DNA from: a virus
Virus record (IMG/VR): IMGVR_UViG_3300032050_000036
Location: 49,499 to 113,498 of that record
Reading direction: 5' to 3' (one strand)
Length of the DNA: 64,000 nt
Shown here: piece by piece, positions 46,830 through 56,753 of the stretch
Layout: each line of letters begins with the position of its first letter
Position numbering within the stretch: position 1 is the first letter of the stretch
The notes under the pieces: model-generated
Database searches by the model: none
Told to the model about the DNA's origin: nothing
Seen by the model: the letters and a program-made list of their open reading frames with translations, nothing else
Position numbers and translations under genes: made by a program

Positions 46830-46845
46830 CTAAGGAGATAAAAAA

Positions 46846-48666
46846 ATGGCAACAGTCACAAAAGACTTTAAGGTAAAGAATGGTCTGATTGTTGAAGGCA
46901 CAACAGGTACCATCAACAACCACGATATTCTTACTAAAAAGACAGACGATCAAAATTATATCGTCAACTTAATTGGTGGAACAGCCACCTCAGCAAATGA
47001 AGCAAATAAGGTTGTAAAGCGTGATGCTTCAGGCAACTTTGCTGCTGGAACAGTAACAGCAGACCTTGTTGGTGATGTAACTGGTAACGCAGACACAGCA
47101 ACAGCATTGGAAACTTCTCGTACAATTGAACTTACTGGAGATGTAACAGGTTCTGTATCTTTTAATGGTACAGCAAATGTTCAAATCTCAACAACACTAA
47201 ATGGATCATTTGCAACAGATGCAGAAGTTGCTACCGCAAAAGGCGAAGCAATTGATGCAGCAGCAGAATATACAGATGATGAAATTTCAGCACTTGATCT
47301 TTCACTTAAGGCTTATGCTGATCAAGCAGAAGCAGATGCAATCTCAACAGCAGCAGCAGATGCCACAACAAAGGCTAACAATGCCAAGTCTGGCGCAGAA
47401 GCAACCGCAGCAGCAGCACTTGCAAGTGCAGTTTCTGATTTAGAAGATTATGCAGATGCTGCAGAAGCAGATGCTAAGGCATATACAGATACTCGTGAAG
47501 GACTAATCACAACTGCTTATCAGGCATATGCTGATCAGGCAGAGTCAGACGCTGTAACAACAGCAAACGCTTATGCTGATCAAAAAGTTGCAGACCTTGT
47601 AGATTCTGCTCCAGCACTTCTCGACACACTTAATGAACTTGCAGCAGCAATCGGAGACGATGCTAACTTTGCAACTAACCTCGCTACATCGGTAGGAGAA
47701 AAGGTTGCTAAATCTGGCGACACAATGTCTGGCGATCTTAATATGGGAAGCAACAAGGTTACAAGCCTTGCAGCACCAACAGCAAATGGCGATGCAGCAA
47801 ACAAGTTATATGTAGATAATGCTCAGTCAGCAGCAGAAGATTATGCAGATTCTCTTGCTCCAAACTATGATCCAGCAGGTTCAGCAGCAACAGCACAGTC
47901 AAACGCAGAATCATTTGCTACAACTGCAGCAAATAACGCTCAGGATGCAGCAGAAGATTATGCAGATAGCCTTGCTGTAAATTATGACGCAGCAGGATCT
48001 GCTTCGGCAGCACAAACTGCAGCACAGTCTTACGCAGATGGTCTTGATTCAACAACAAATACTCGTATTGATAATCTTGATACAGACGATGTTGTAGAAG
48101 GTTCAAACCTTTACTATACAACTGCTCGTGCAAAGACAGATGCAGCAGCACTTCTAACAAGTGCAACATTAACAAATATTCAGATTACTGGAAACGGATC
48201 TGGTCTAACAATTACTGCAGAAAACGGTGTTGCAGATTCTGATACAGATGATCTTGAAGAAGGTTCAACAAACCTTTACTTTACAGATGCTCGTGCAGTA
48301 TCTGCTCTTGAGGCAGTCACACCTGACTTCCCTGCAGTAGAAATTGCAAATGTTGCAAAGCAGGTAGCAGCATCTGCAACTGTAGCAACTGCAAGTACAA
48401 ATACAGCAGTCTCATGGGCTGTAGCAGATTATAAGTCTGCTGAGTTTCTTGTTAAGATTGCTCAGGGTACACATACAGAGGTTTCGAAGGTAATTCTTAC
48501 CCTTGATACATCAGACAACATTGCAATTACAGAATATGCGATGGTAGGAACAAATGGCTCACTTGGATCTGTTTCAGCAGATGTAAGTGGTTCAGATGTA
48601 CGCCTTCGTGTAACAACTGACCTCAACAACTCAGCAGTTGCTGTCGTCGGAACACTTTTAAAGTAA
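46846..48666 (+). CDS. Tail fibre protein
   Basis: KDFKVKNGL, GNADTAT.L, APALLDTLNELAAA, EGS.NLY.T..RA repeats. Confidence 0.8.
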   Translation: MATVTKDFKVKNGLIVEGTTGTINNHDILTKKTDDQNYIVNLIGGTATSANEANKVVKRDASGNFAAGTVTADLVGDVTGNADTATALETSRTIELTGDVTGSVSFNGTANVQISTTLNGSFATDAEVATAKGEAIDAAAEYTDDEISALDLSLKAYADQAEADAISTAAADATTKANNAKSGAEATAAAALASAVSDLEDYADAAEADAKAYTDTREGLITTAYQAYADQAESDAVTTANAYADQKVADLVDSAPALLDTLNELAAAIGDDANFATNLATSVGEKVAKSGDTMSGDLNMGSNKVTSLAAPTANGDAANKLYVDNAQSAAEDYADSLAPNYDPAGSAATAQSNAESFATTAANNAQDAAEDYADSLAVNYDAAGSASAAQTAAQSYADGLDSTTNTRIDNLDTDDVVEGSNLYYTTARAKTDAAALLTSATLTNIQITGNGSGLTITAENGVADSDTDDLEEGSTNLYFTDARAVSALEAVTPDFPAVEIANVAKQVAASATVATASTNTAVSWAVADYKSAEFLVKIAQGTHTEVSKVILTLDTSDNIAITEYAMVGTNGSLGSVSADVSGSDVRLRVTTDLNNSAVAVVGTLLK

Positions 48667-48696
48667 TAAAATAAATAAAAAGAGGGAGTGGTAATC

Positions 48697-49152
48697 TTGG
48701 CAACAGTCAATAAGGACTTCAAGGTTAAAAATGGACTTATCGTCACTGGTGGCGGTTCGTTTGGAGGAACGGTAGTTGTAGGAACTCCTACAGATTCTAC
48801 CCACGCTGCTACTAAGGCATATGTTGACTCAGTAGTTGGCGGTATGGAAGTTGGGGCTACCGCTCCCTCTACACCAGATAATGGTGATTTATGGTTTGAC
48901 ACATTAACATCAAGAGTTAATGTTTATTATTCTGGCTCATGGTTAACTATGGCCACAATAGATGATACATTAAATCTTCCACAACATATACACGATACAG
49001 CAATTGACGGTACTGGTTTTATAGTATCTCAGTTTGTAAGTGGTGGCAGTTTTAATGACCCACAGGGTTCTTCTATAGATGGAGGATCTTATAATACCAA
49101 CTCATGGACTTTGGTTTATGATGGTGGTACTGCAACAGATAACTTCAATTAA
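48697..49152 (+). CDS. Virion structural protein
   Basis: N-terminus duplicates 46846 (ATV.KDFKVKNGL); TTG start inferred. Confidence 0.7.
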   Translation: MATVNKDFKVKNGLIVTGGGSFGGTVVVGTPTDSTHAATKAYVDSVVGGMEVGATAPSTPDNGDLWFDTLTSRVNVYYSGSWLTMATIDDTLNLPQHIHDTAIDGTGFIVSQFVSGGSFNDPQGSSIDGGSYNTNSWTLVYDGGTATDNFN

Positions 49153-49210
49153 AATTGATGTTATAATACAATCATAAAACTGGTAGAAATACCATAAGGA
49201 GAGAAAAAAT

Positions 49211-51166
49211 ATGGCAACAAGAATGCAACAAAGAAGAGGAACCGCAGCACAATGGACTGCTGCAGACCCAATTTTGGCAGCAGGAGAAATCGGATTTGAG
49301 ACTGACACTGGTAAGTTTAAGATTGGTAATGGTTCGTCTATTTGGTCTGCTCTCTCCTATTTTGCAGATTCACAAGATTTTAGTTCAGCAAACGTAGTAA
49401 TGAACTCAGAAAAGGGTTCAGCAAACGGAGTTGCTCCACTAAATGCTGATGGATTAATTCCTTTGGCATACATGGCAAAACTTATTGAAGGAACATCCGT
49501 TAACCTAGATACATTTGCAGAAGTTGCAACAGCAATTGAAGCATTACAAGAACATGAAGCAGCAACAACACAAATTCATGGCATTACAGACACATCAGAT
49601 TTGGTGATTAGTTCACAACTTTCTTCAGCAATATCAGTTCATAACTTACTTACAGAAAATATACATGGAATTGAAGATACTGCTGAACTTGCTACAAAGG
49701 ATTATGCTGATACAGCAGCAGCAACAGCAGCATCATCTGCACAATCAACAGCACAATCATTTGCTACAACTGCAGCAAATAATGCACAATCTGCAGCAGA
49801 AGATTATGCAGATTCTGTGTCTTCAACTGGAATAACTGCACACAATGCAGTTACAACTAACGTACACGGAATTCTAGATACAGCAGACTTGGCACTTTTG
49901 TCAGATGTTTCTGACGCACAATCTGCAGCAGAAGATTATGCAGATTCTGTGTCTTCAACTGGAATAACTGCACACAATGCAGTTACAACTAACGTACACG
50001 GAATTCTAGATACTACTCAACTTGCTACAAAAGCATACGCTGATGCAGCAGCGTCTGCTGTTTCTGACGATCTAGACTCTCACGCTAATGATACTACAGG
50101 AATTCATGGAATTACTGATACCTCATTACTTGTGACAACAGATGGGTCTCAAACATTAACAAATAAAACTCTTACGTCTCCAGTAATAAATACACCAACA
50201 GGAATTACTAAAAGTGATGTTGGTCTTGAAAATGTAAACAATACCTCAGATGCAGACAAGCCCATATCAACTGCTACACAAACAGCACTTGACTTAAAGG
50301 CTGCCATAGCATCACCAGCACTTACTGGAACACCAACTGCGCCAACTGCAACAGCAGGAACAAATACAACTCAGATTGCTACTACTGCATATGCAGATAC
50401 TGCTGTGTCTAGTGCTATCACAAATCATAACTCTGATACAGAAAACGTACATGGAATTGCAGATACAGCAGATTTAGTTCTTACAAATGATGCTCGTTTG
50501 TCTGATGAAAGAACACCAGTAGATGGATCTGTTACAACAGCAAAGATTGCAACAGGTGGAATTGCACAGTCAGCAGTTACAAATCTTACAACAGACTTGG
50601 CTGCAAAGGCTACTTTGGTATCACCAGCACTTACTGGAACACCAACTGCGCCAACTGCAACACTTGGAACCAATACAACACAAATTGCTACTACTGCGTT
50701 TGTTAAGGCTGAAGTTGATGCATTAGTTGCTGCAGCCCCAGGAGCATTAAATACTCTTGATGAACTTGCAGCAGCATTGGGAGATGATGCTAACTTTGCA
50801 AGTACAGTTACAGCATCCTTGGCTACAAAAGCAAGTACAACAGACCTAAATAATGCTCTTTTGTATTCATTTAATAATGAAACTGCAAGTTATACTCTTG
50901 CACTATCAGATGCAACAAACATGGTAGAGATGGAATCTTCTTCTTCTACCACAGTAACAGTGCCACCTAATGCATCTGTAGCATTTTCAATTGGAGCAAC
51001 AATTGATATTTTCCAAAAAGGCACAGGACAAGTAACAATCGCAGAAGGATCTGGTGTTACAATTTATGCAACTCCAGGTAAAAAACTTCGTACACAATAT
51101 TCAGGCGCAACTCTAATAAAAAGAGATACGAACACTTGGATATTGACAGGCGATCTTTCAGCATAA
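49211..51166 (+). CDS. Tail fibre with Mtd/hyaluronidase-type N-terminal domain
   Basis: QRRGT..W...P.L..GEIG.ETDTGKFKIG.G; VHGI.DT repeats; SPALTGTPTAPT. Confidence 0.85.
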   Translation: MATRMQQRRGTAAQWTAADPILAAGEIGFETDTGKFKIGNGSSIWSALSYFADSQDFSSANVVMNSEKGSANGVAPLNADGLIPLAYMAKLIEGTSVNLDTFAEVATAIEALQEHEAATTQIHGITDTSDLVISSQLSSAISVHNLLTENIHGIEDTAELATKDYADTAAATAASSAQSTAQSFATTAANNAQSAAEDYADSVSSTGITAHNAVTTNVHGILDTADLALLSDVSDAQSAAEDYADSVSSTGITAHNAVTTNVHGILDTTQLATKAYADAAASAVSDDLDSHANDTTGIHGITDTSLLVTTDGSQTLTNKTLTSPVINTPTGITKSDVGLENVNNTSDADKPISTATQTALDLKAAIASPALTGTPTAPTATAGTNTTQIATTAYADTAVSSAITNHNSDTENVHGIADTADLVLTNDARLSDERTPVDGSVTTAKIATGGIAQSAVTNLTTDLAAKATLVSPALTGTPTAPTATLGTNTTQIATTAFVKAEVDALVAAAPGALNTLDELAAALGDDANFASTVTASLATKASTTDLNNALLYSFNNETASYTLALSDATNMVEMESSSSTTVTVPPNASVAFSIGATIDIFQKGTGQVTIAEGSGVTIYATPGKKLRTQYSGATLIKRDTNTWILTGDLSA

Positions 51167-51193
51167 ATAATTTAAATATAAAAGGAGAATAAT

Positions 51194-52342
51194 ATGCCAA
51201 TTAGAGGTAGAGGTAAGAGCAGGGGTGGAAGTTCAAAGACACGTCTAAATGGAACTATCCCTTGTACTCCAAAAAACATTACTGTTCAGGATGTTGGAAC
51301 AGGTCGTGCATTCAATAATGGTGCTATTCAAGTAACTTTTACTGTAGACAGTGAATGTACACCAGCAACATCCTTTACAGCAACAGCAAGTACTGGACAA
51401 TCAGTAACTGGCTCTTCTTCTCCTTTATTAATTACAGGAATAGCAACTGGCGCTACTCCTACGGTTACAGTAAAAGCAACCAATCAGTATGGAGACTCTT
51501 TGTCTTCATCAGCAACTGCAGCAGTAACAATTACTACTGTACCAGCAACGCCTTCTGCTCCATCCGCATCTTCTCCAACTCCATCTTCTGCTCCAAACGT
51601 TGCTGGATCAACAACAGATTCAGTATCTTGGGCAGCGCCAGCAAATGGTGGAAAAGCAATAACTAGTTACGACTGGTTATCTTCAGACTCTAAATCTGGA
51701 AATACGTCTTCAACATCAGTTTCTGTAAATCAAGAAGGTGGTACATCTCAAAGTTATCAGGTTAGAGCATGTAATGCAAATGGATGCGGCTCTTACTCTG
51801 CATCATCATCACCAGCAACCACTACATTTACATTTACACCATACTCATTCACTCCATACTCATTTACACCATATTCATTTACACCATACTCATTTACACC
51901 ATATTCGTTTACACCATACTCATTCACTCCATACTCATTTACACCATATTCATTTACACCGATTTATTCATTTACACCATATTCATTTACTCCATACTCA
52001 TTTACACCTGTATACTCATTTACACCTATGTATACATTTACTCCATATTCATTTACGCCATACTCGTTTACACCTACGTACTCATTTACACCTGTGTATT
52101 CATTTGTTCCTTATTCATTTACACCATATGCATTCACACCTATGGCCTACTCGTTTACACCTTTGTATACATTTACACCTACGTACGCATTTACACCTAT
52201 GACCTACACATTTACACCATATGCGTTCACACCTATGACCTACGCATTTACACCATATTCGTTCACACCTATGGCAGCAGCAGGATGTAACCCAGCATGC
52301 TATGCCCCTTATTTCTGCTATAACGGATCTTGTATATATTAA
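51194..52342 (+). CDS. Fibronectin-III / YSFTP-repeat protein
   Basis: VSW.AP.NGG..IT.Y...Y.VRA.N..G; about 28 YxFTP units; Cys-rich tip. Confidence 0.8.
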   Translation: MPIRGRGKSRGGSSKTRLNGTIPCTPKNITVQDVGTGRAFNNGAIQVTFTVDSECTPATSFTATASTGQSVTGSSSPLLITGIATGATPTVTVKATNQYGDSLSSSATAAVTITTVPATPSAPSASSPTPSSAPNVAGSTTDSVSWAAPANGGKAITSYDWLSSDSKSGNTSSTSVSVNQEGGTSQSYQVRACNANGCGSYSASSSPATTTFTFTPYSFTPYSFTPYSFTPYSFTPYSFTPYSFTPYSFTPYSFTPIYSFTPYSFTPYSFTPVYSFTPMYTFTPYSFTPYSFTPTYSFTPVYSFVPYSFTPYAFTPMAYSFTPLYTFTPTYAFTPMTYTFTPYAFTPMTYAFTPYSFTPMAAAGCNPACYAPYFCYNGSCIY

Positions 52343-52351
52343 TTTAAAAAC

Positions 52352-52390
52352 AAAACCTCCTTATGATATACTGTTATAAGGAGGTTTTTT
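52352..52390 (+). terminator. 13-bp hairpin terminator containing a -10 box and the next RBS
   Basis: AAAACCTCCTTAT/ATAAGGAGGTTTT. Confidence 0.7.
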
Positions 52391-53050
52391 ATGCAAAATA
52401 ATCTTGCTATTGCAATTTTAGCCGATGATGAAGTTTTTGATATATTAGATTTTGATTATGCACCAGAAGATCAAAAAAATAGAGTTATAAACGGGTTTAA
52501 TAATAACCCAACTGGCCTTGATATTACTGGACTAAAAGGTATTGGCTTAGGATCTAGATTAGTTTCTGGAGGTTTTGATAATTCTTTTTTAATATCACCG
52601 CCTCATATGAATAAAGATGATAAAAATGTTTATGCTTTTTTATCTGAAGATAAAGTTTTTTTAATAGTTGCCATAGCAAAAGACAATAAAGAAAAAGCAG
52701 AAGTTTGGGAAAATGCATTTAAAACAGAAGTTACTGGAATTATAATAAATAATCGTGATACTACCAAAATTGGAGATTTTTGGGACGGTACAAATTTTGT
52801 AAAAAGTACAAATACTAATAAAGAAACACCGTGGCAGACATGGAAGAAAAACTTAGGAACTACCAGGCCTTGGGATATAGTTAATCCTCAAAAAGAAAAG
52901 GTGTCTGAAGACGAATCAAATCGTAGACTAGATATATGCAAACAATGTCCAGAGTTAATACAGATAACAAATCAATGCAAAAAGTGTGGATGTATTATGC
53001 CAATAAAGGTTAAACTAAAAGAGGCGGTATGTCCAATTGGTAAGTGGTAG
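52391..53050 (+). CDS. Partner protein of YSFTP gene with C-terminal DUF6171-like Cys domain
   Basis: IGDFWDGTNF; RLDICKQC..CKKCGC..CPIGKW. Confidence 0.75.
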   Translation: MQNNLAIAILADDEVFDILDFDYAPEDQKNRVINGFNNNPTGLDITGLKGIGLGSRLVSGGFDNSFLISPPHMNKDDKNVYAFLSEDKVFLIVAIAKDNKEKAEVWENAFKTEVTGIIINNRDTTKIGDFWDGTNFVKSTNTNKETPWQTWKKNLGTTRPWDIVNPQKEKVSEDESNRRLDICKQCPELIQITNQCKKCGCIMPIKVKLKEAVCPIGKW

Positions 53051-53095
53051 TTTGTATATAAAAAATATAACTAAAATTAAATTAAGAGGAATAAA

Positions 53096-53881
53096 ATGAA
53101 AAACATTTATTTTTTACATATTCCAAAAACTGCGGGTACTTTTATAGATAGTGCAATTATAAAAGGCTTAGATAAGGAAAACATACCTCATTATGCAAAT
53201 AAAAGTTCTGAATTTCCACATAAAATAAATTTTGAAGAAGTAAGATATATTTCTGGTCACTTTGGAACATATCCTATTAAAAATAGTAGTTACTTAGATT
53301 TTTTTACAATATTGCGAAATCCGCTAGACCTATCTATTAGTTATTTTAATTTTGTATATAATATTAAGTATGATCATATATATAGTAATATTAAAGGATA
53401 CAAAAATAGATTAATAAAATATTTGTTAAATGACGAAAATACTAAAATATATAATAATATACAGTCTAGGTTTTTATCAAATTCAGCAGATAGTAGTATA
53501 TTTTATCCAAATAATAAAACCAGAGAAGAATTAGAGACAAATTCAGATTCTAATAACCCTATGTGGTTTGTTGATAATAAAAATACATCTTTTGATAATG
53601 CAGTAAAAACTATAGATGCTTGTTCTCTTGTTGGGTCAGTAGAAAACTTAGAAAGTTTTTGTGAAAAATTAAGTAAATATTTTTTATTTAACTTAGGCGT
53701 AAATATAGAATTTGAGACAAACAAAAAAGTAAACGAGTCATTTGCTATAGATAATGGTATTAGGTATACAACTGAAGATGCTATAAATTTATTGTCAAAG
53801 GAAGTAATTGAAGAGTTTATTTTAAACAATAAACTAGATTATTTAGTTTATTCTTATGCATTAAGGCACGATTTAATATGA
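53096..53881 (+). CDS. Sulfotransferase family protein
   Basis: FLHIPKTAGT, GHF, LRNP...IS.F, N.LD..VY. Confidence 0.85.
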   Translation: MKNIYFLHIPKTAGTFIDSAIIKGLDKENIPHYANKSSEFPHKINFEEVRYISGHFGTYPIKNSSYLDFFTILRNPLDLSISYFNFVYNIKYDHIYSNIKGYKNRLIKYLLNDENTKIYNNIQSRFLSNSADSSIFYPNNKTREELETNSDSNNPMWFVDNKNTSFDNAVKTIDACSLVGSVENLESFCEKLSKYFLFNLGVNIEFETNKKVNESFAIDNGIRYTTEDAINLLSKEVIEEFILNNKLDYLVYSYALRHDLI

Positions 53882-53902
53882 TATACTTAATAGGAGGTAT
53901 AT

Positions 53903-54613
53903 ATGAATAAGATAACTTTTACACCAGCATTTCCAGAACTAAAAAATGTTGTTCCGTTACCAGAACCAGCAACAAAAAATGTTCCTAATTGGTATAAGGA
54001 GCAACCTGCAAAAATAGATAATGAAATACAAAATGGTGTCATGAAGTTGACCGTAAAGAAATGTCAGTCTTTTTTTGATGCCATGGCAATAGGATATACA
54101 CTAAAGATGCCAGTAGATATATATGTAGATACAACAGATGGAAAGCAAGAATTTCAAATACCAAAAGATTTAGATGCTCATAAAGCAAAAATTATTAGTT
54201 TCCACTCTAAAGAACAGGTAAGCCATTTGCCTATTGACACAGATATATACATAGATCATATATTTAGAGTGCATCCAAACTGGATGGCTTCAACTCCACA
54301 AGGATATAGTTGTTTTTTTATAAGTCCAATACATTCTGCAATATCTCCACTAAAAGCAGTAGAAGCAATAATAGACACGGATAATTTTTGGTCTGATGGA
54401 CACCTATCTTTTTTTGTAAAGAAAAACTTTAAAGGTATCCTTAAGCAAGGAACCCCACTAATTCAAGTTTTTCCTTTTAAGAGAGATGACTGGGAGATGT
54501 CTATTAATAAAGAAGTTAATTCTGAAGAGATTAGTGAACAAAGAATTATGCTAAGATCTACTTTTGAAAATGGATATAAGATGAAGTATTGGGTAAAAAA
54601 ACTTTTTAAGTAA
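53903..54613 (+). CDS. Conserved phage hypothetical protein
   Basis: P.WYK, TVKKC..F.DAM..GY, TP.GYS, IDTD, GTP.IQ..PFKR..W. Confidence 0.75.
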   Translation: MNKITFTPAFPELKNVVPLPEPATKNVPNWYKEQPAKIDNEIQNGVMKLTVKKCQSFFDAMAIGYTLKMPVDIYVDTTDGKQEFQIPKDLDAHKAKIISFHSKEQVSHLPIDTDIYIDHIFRVHPNWMASTPQGYSCFFISPIHSAISPLKAVEAIIDTDNFWSDGHLSFFVKKNFKGILKQGTPLIQVFPFKRDDWEMSINKEVNSEEISEQRIMLRSTFENGYKMKYWVKKLFK

Positions 54614-54702
54614 CACTCAATCTAAATAATAGCATTAGAGTTTGTGTAAATTAAAAACTCTGGTATACTTTATAAACAACAGTTTTCAATTAGGAGAAAT
54701 AC

Positions 54703-56733
54703 ATGTCTGATTTTTTTAGTTTTCGTTTATCTGAAGAGTTCATAAGTGAGTATAAAACAAAGGAACCTCCATTTGGTTTTACAGATGCAGGTGGTAATTC
54801 ATTAGGAGAGATTACTTTTATCCGTACCTACTCACGCATGAAGGAAGATGGAACTAAAGAAAGATGGCATGAGGTTTGTCGTAGAGTAATCGAGGGTATG
54901 TATTCAGCACAGAAAAATCATGCCAAAGAAAACAGGCTGCCCTGGAATGACTATAAGGCACAGTCATCTGCTAAGGAAGCATATCAACGTCTATTTGAAT
55001 TAAAATGGACTCCTCCAGGAAGAGGCCTTTGGTCTTTCGGAACTGCCTTAACTATGGAAAAGAAAAATTCTGCTGCATTGCAAAATTGCGCTATGGTATC
55101 TACAAAAGACATAGACCGTAATGATCCAGGACAATTATTTGGTTGGGTAATGGACGCATTGATGATGGGCGTTGGAGTTGGATTTGATACTTTGGGCGGG
55201 GAGAAAAATCTACCTATTTATGACCCTACAGAACCACCACAAGTATATGAAATACCAGATACCCGTGAAGGTTGGGTAGAGTCTGTTAGATTACTCATTA
55301 ACTCATATTTAAAGCCTAATATGTATATTCAAGAGTTTAACTATGACCTTATTAGGCCATTAGGTGCCCCTATAAAGGGTTTTGGAGGCACTGCAAGCGG
55401 TCCTGCACCACTTATACAGTTGCACAAGCAGATAAGGTCTGTAATCGGCGGTAGAGCAGGAGAAACCCTTGACTCAAGAGCAATAGTAGATATTGTAAAT
55501 CTCATTGGTACCTGTGTTGTATCAGGAAATGTTAGAAGATCTGCCACATTGGCTTTAGGTGCAGCAGAAGATAAAGATTTTATGAATTTGAAGAACGCTG
55601 AGGTTTTTCCAGAGCGTAATTCATTTGATCCAGAAAATCCAGGTTGGGCATGGATGTCTAATAACTCTATTGCTGCGACGGTAGGGACAAGGTACGAAGA
55701 CTACGTAGACCTAATCGTTAATAACGGAGAACCAGGATTTATCTGGCTTGATGTAGCACGTAACTATGGTCGTTTAGCAGATCCAAAGGATGGCAAAGAC
55801 TATCGTGTTATGGGCTTCAATCCGTGTGCGGAGCAGCCATTGGAATCATACGAATTGTGCACCTTGGTCGAGGTACATTTAAATCGTCATGAATCTAAGG
55901 AGGATTTCCTACGGACACTCAAGTTTGCATATTTGTATGGAAAGACAGTTACATTAATTCCAACACACTGGCAACAGACAAACGGAATTATGCAACGAAA
56001 TCGTCGTATTGGTACTTCCCTTACAGGTATTGCATCCTTCTCAGACAAATTTGGCTTGCCTGTTGTGCGTGAATGGATGGACGAAGGATATAAGACTATT
56101 CGTAAATATGATCATTCTTATTCTGAATGGTTATGTGTTCGTGAATCCATTAGAGTCACAACTGTTAAGCCATCAGGGTCTGTATCAATTCTTTCTGGCG
56201 CAACTCCAGGAGTTCACTGGGCACCAGGAGGAGATTATTTCTTAAGAGCAATTCGATTTGGGAATACCGACCCAATGATTCACTTGTTCAAGGCTGCTGG
56301 ATATTTGATGGAGGCTGACCTTGTTTCTGCGAATACAACTGTCGTATATTTCCCAGTTCACTCTGGACATCCAAGATCTGAAAAAGATGTTACATTGTTT
56401 GAGAAGATTGCGCTTGCTGCTACTGCTCAGAAATATTGGTCAGATAACGGCGTGTCTGTAACGCTTTCATTTGACAAAGAAACTGAAGCAAAGCATGTTG
56501 CGCCTGCGCTCCATATGTACGAGGGACAATTAAAAGCAGTTTCATTCCTTCCAATGGGGAATCACACATATCCTCAACAACCATATACTCAGATAACCGA
56601 AGAAGAATATAATGCTTATATTGGTCAAATCAAAAAGATAGACTGGTCTGCTATTTACGACGGTGTAGAGAATTTAGAGGCACAAGGCGAAATGTACTGT
56701 ACAACTGACGCTTGTGAAATAAAAATATCTTAG
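54703..56733 (+). CDS. nrdJ: Class II (B12-dependent) ribonucleotide reductase, monomeric type
   Basis: PPGRGLW, NC, GNVRRSA, NPCAEQ, VKPSGS, C-terminal CTTDAC. Confidence 0.93.
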   Translation: MSDFFSFRLSEEFISEYKTKEPPFGFTDAGGNSLGEITFIRTYSRMKEDGTKERWHEVCRRVIEGMYSAQKNHAKENRLPWNDYKAQSSAKEAYQRLFELKWTPPGRGLWSFGTALTMEKKNSAALQNCAMVSTKDIDRNDPGQLFGWVMDALMMGVGVGFDTLGGEKNLPIYDPTEPPQVYEIPDTREGWVESVRLLINSYLKPNMYIQEFNYDLIRPLGAPIKGFGGTASGPAPLIQLHKQIRSVIGGRAGETLDSRAIVDIVNLIGTCVVSGNVRRSATLALGAAEDKDFMNLKNAEVFPERNSFDPENPGWAWMSNNSIAATVGTRYEDYVDLIVNNGEPGFIWLDVARNYGRLADPKDGKDYRVMGFNPCAEQPLESYELCTLVEVHLNRHESKEDFLRTLKFAYLYGKTVTLIPTHWQQTNGIMQRNRRIGTSLTGIASFSDKFGLPVVREWMDEGYKTIRKYDHSYSEWLCVRESIRVTTVKPSGSVSILSGATPGVHWAPGGDYFLRAIRFGNTDPMIHLFKAAGYLMEADLVSANTTVVYFPVHSGHPRSEKDVTLFEKIALAATAQKYWSDNGVSVTLSFDKETEAKHVAPALHMYEGQLKAVSFLPMGNHTYPQQPYTQITEEEYNAYIGQIKKIDWSAIYDGVENLEAQGEMYCTTDACEIKIS

Positions 56734-56753
56734 TATGATAAAATAGACTCATA

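Noticed and set aside
51738-52290. Poly-His and Ile/Tyr-rich ORFs in other frames
   Set aside because: By-products of the 15-nt YSFTP repeat; no RBS, and variation is synonymous in the YSFTP frame
54611-54702. NrdR box or cobalamin riboswitch before nrdJ
   Set aside because: No convincing consensus and the leader is too short
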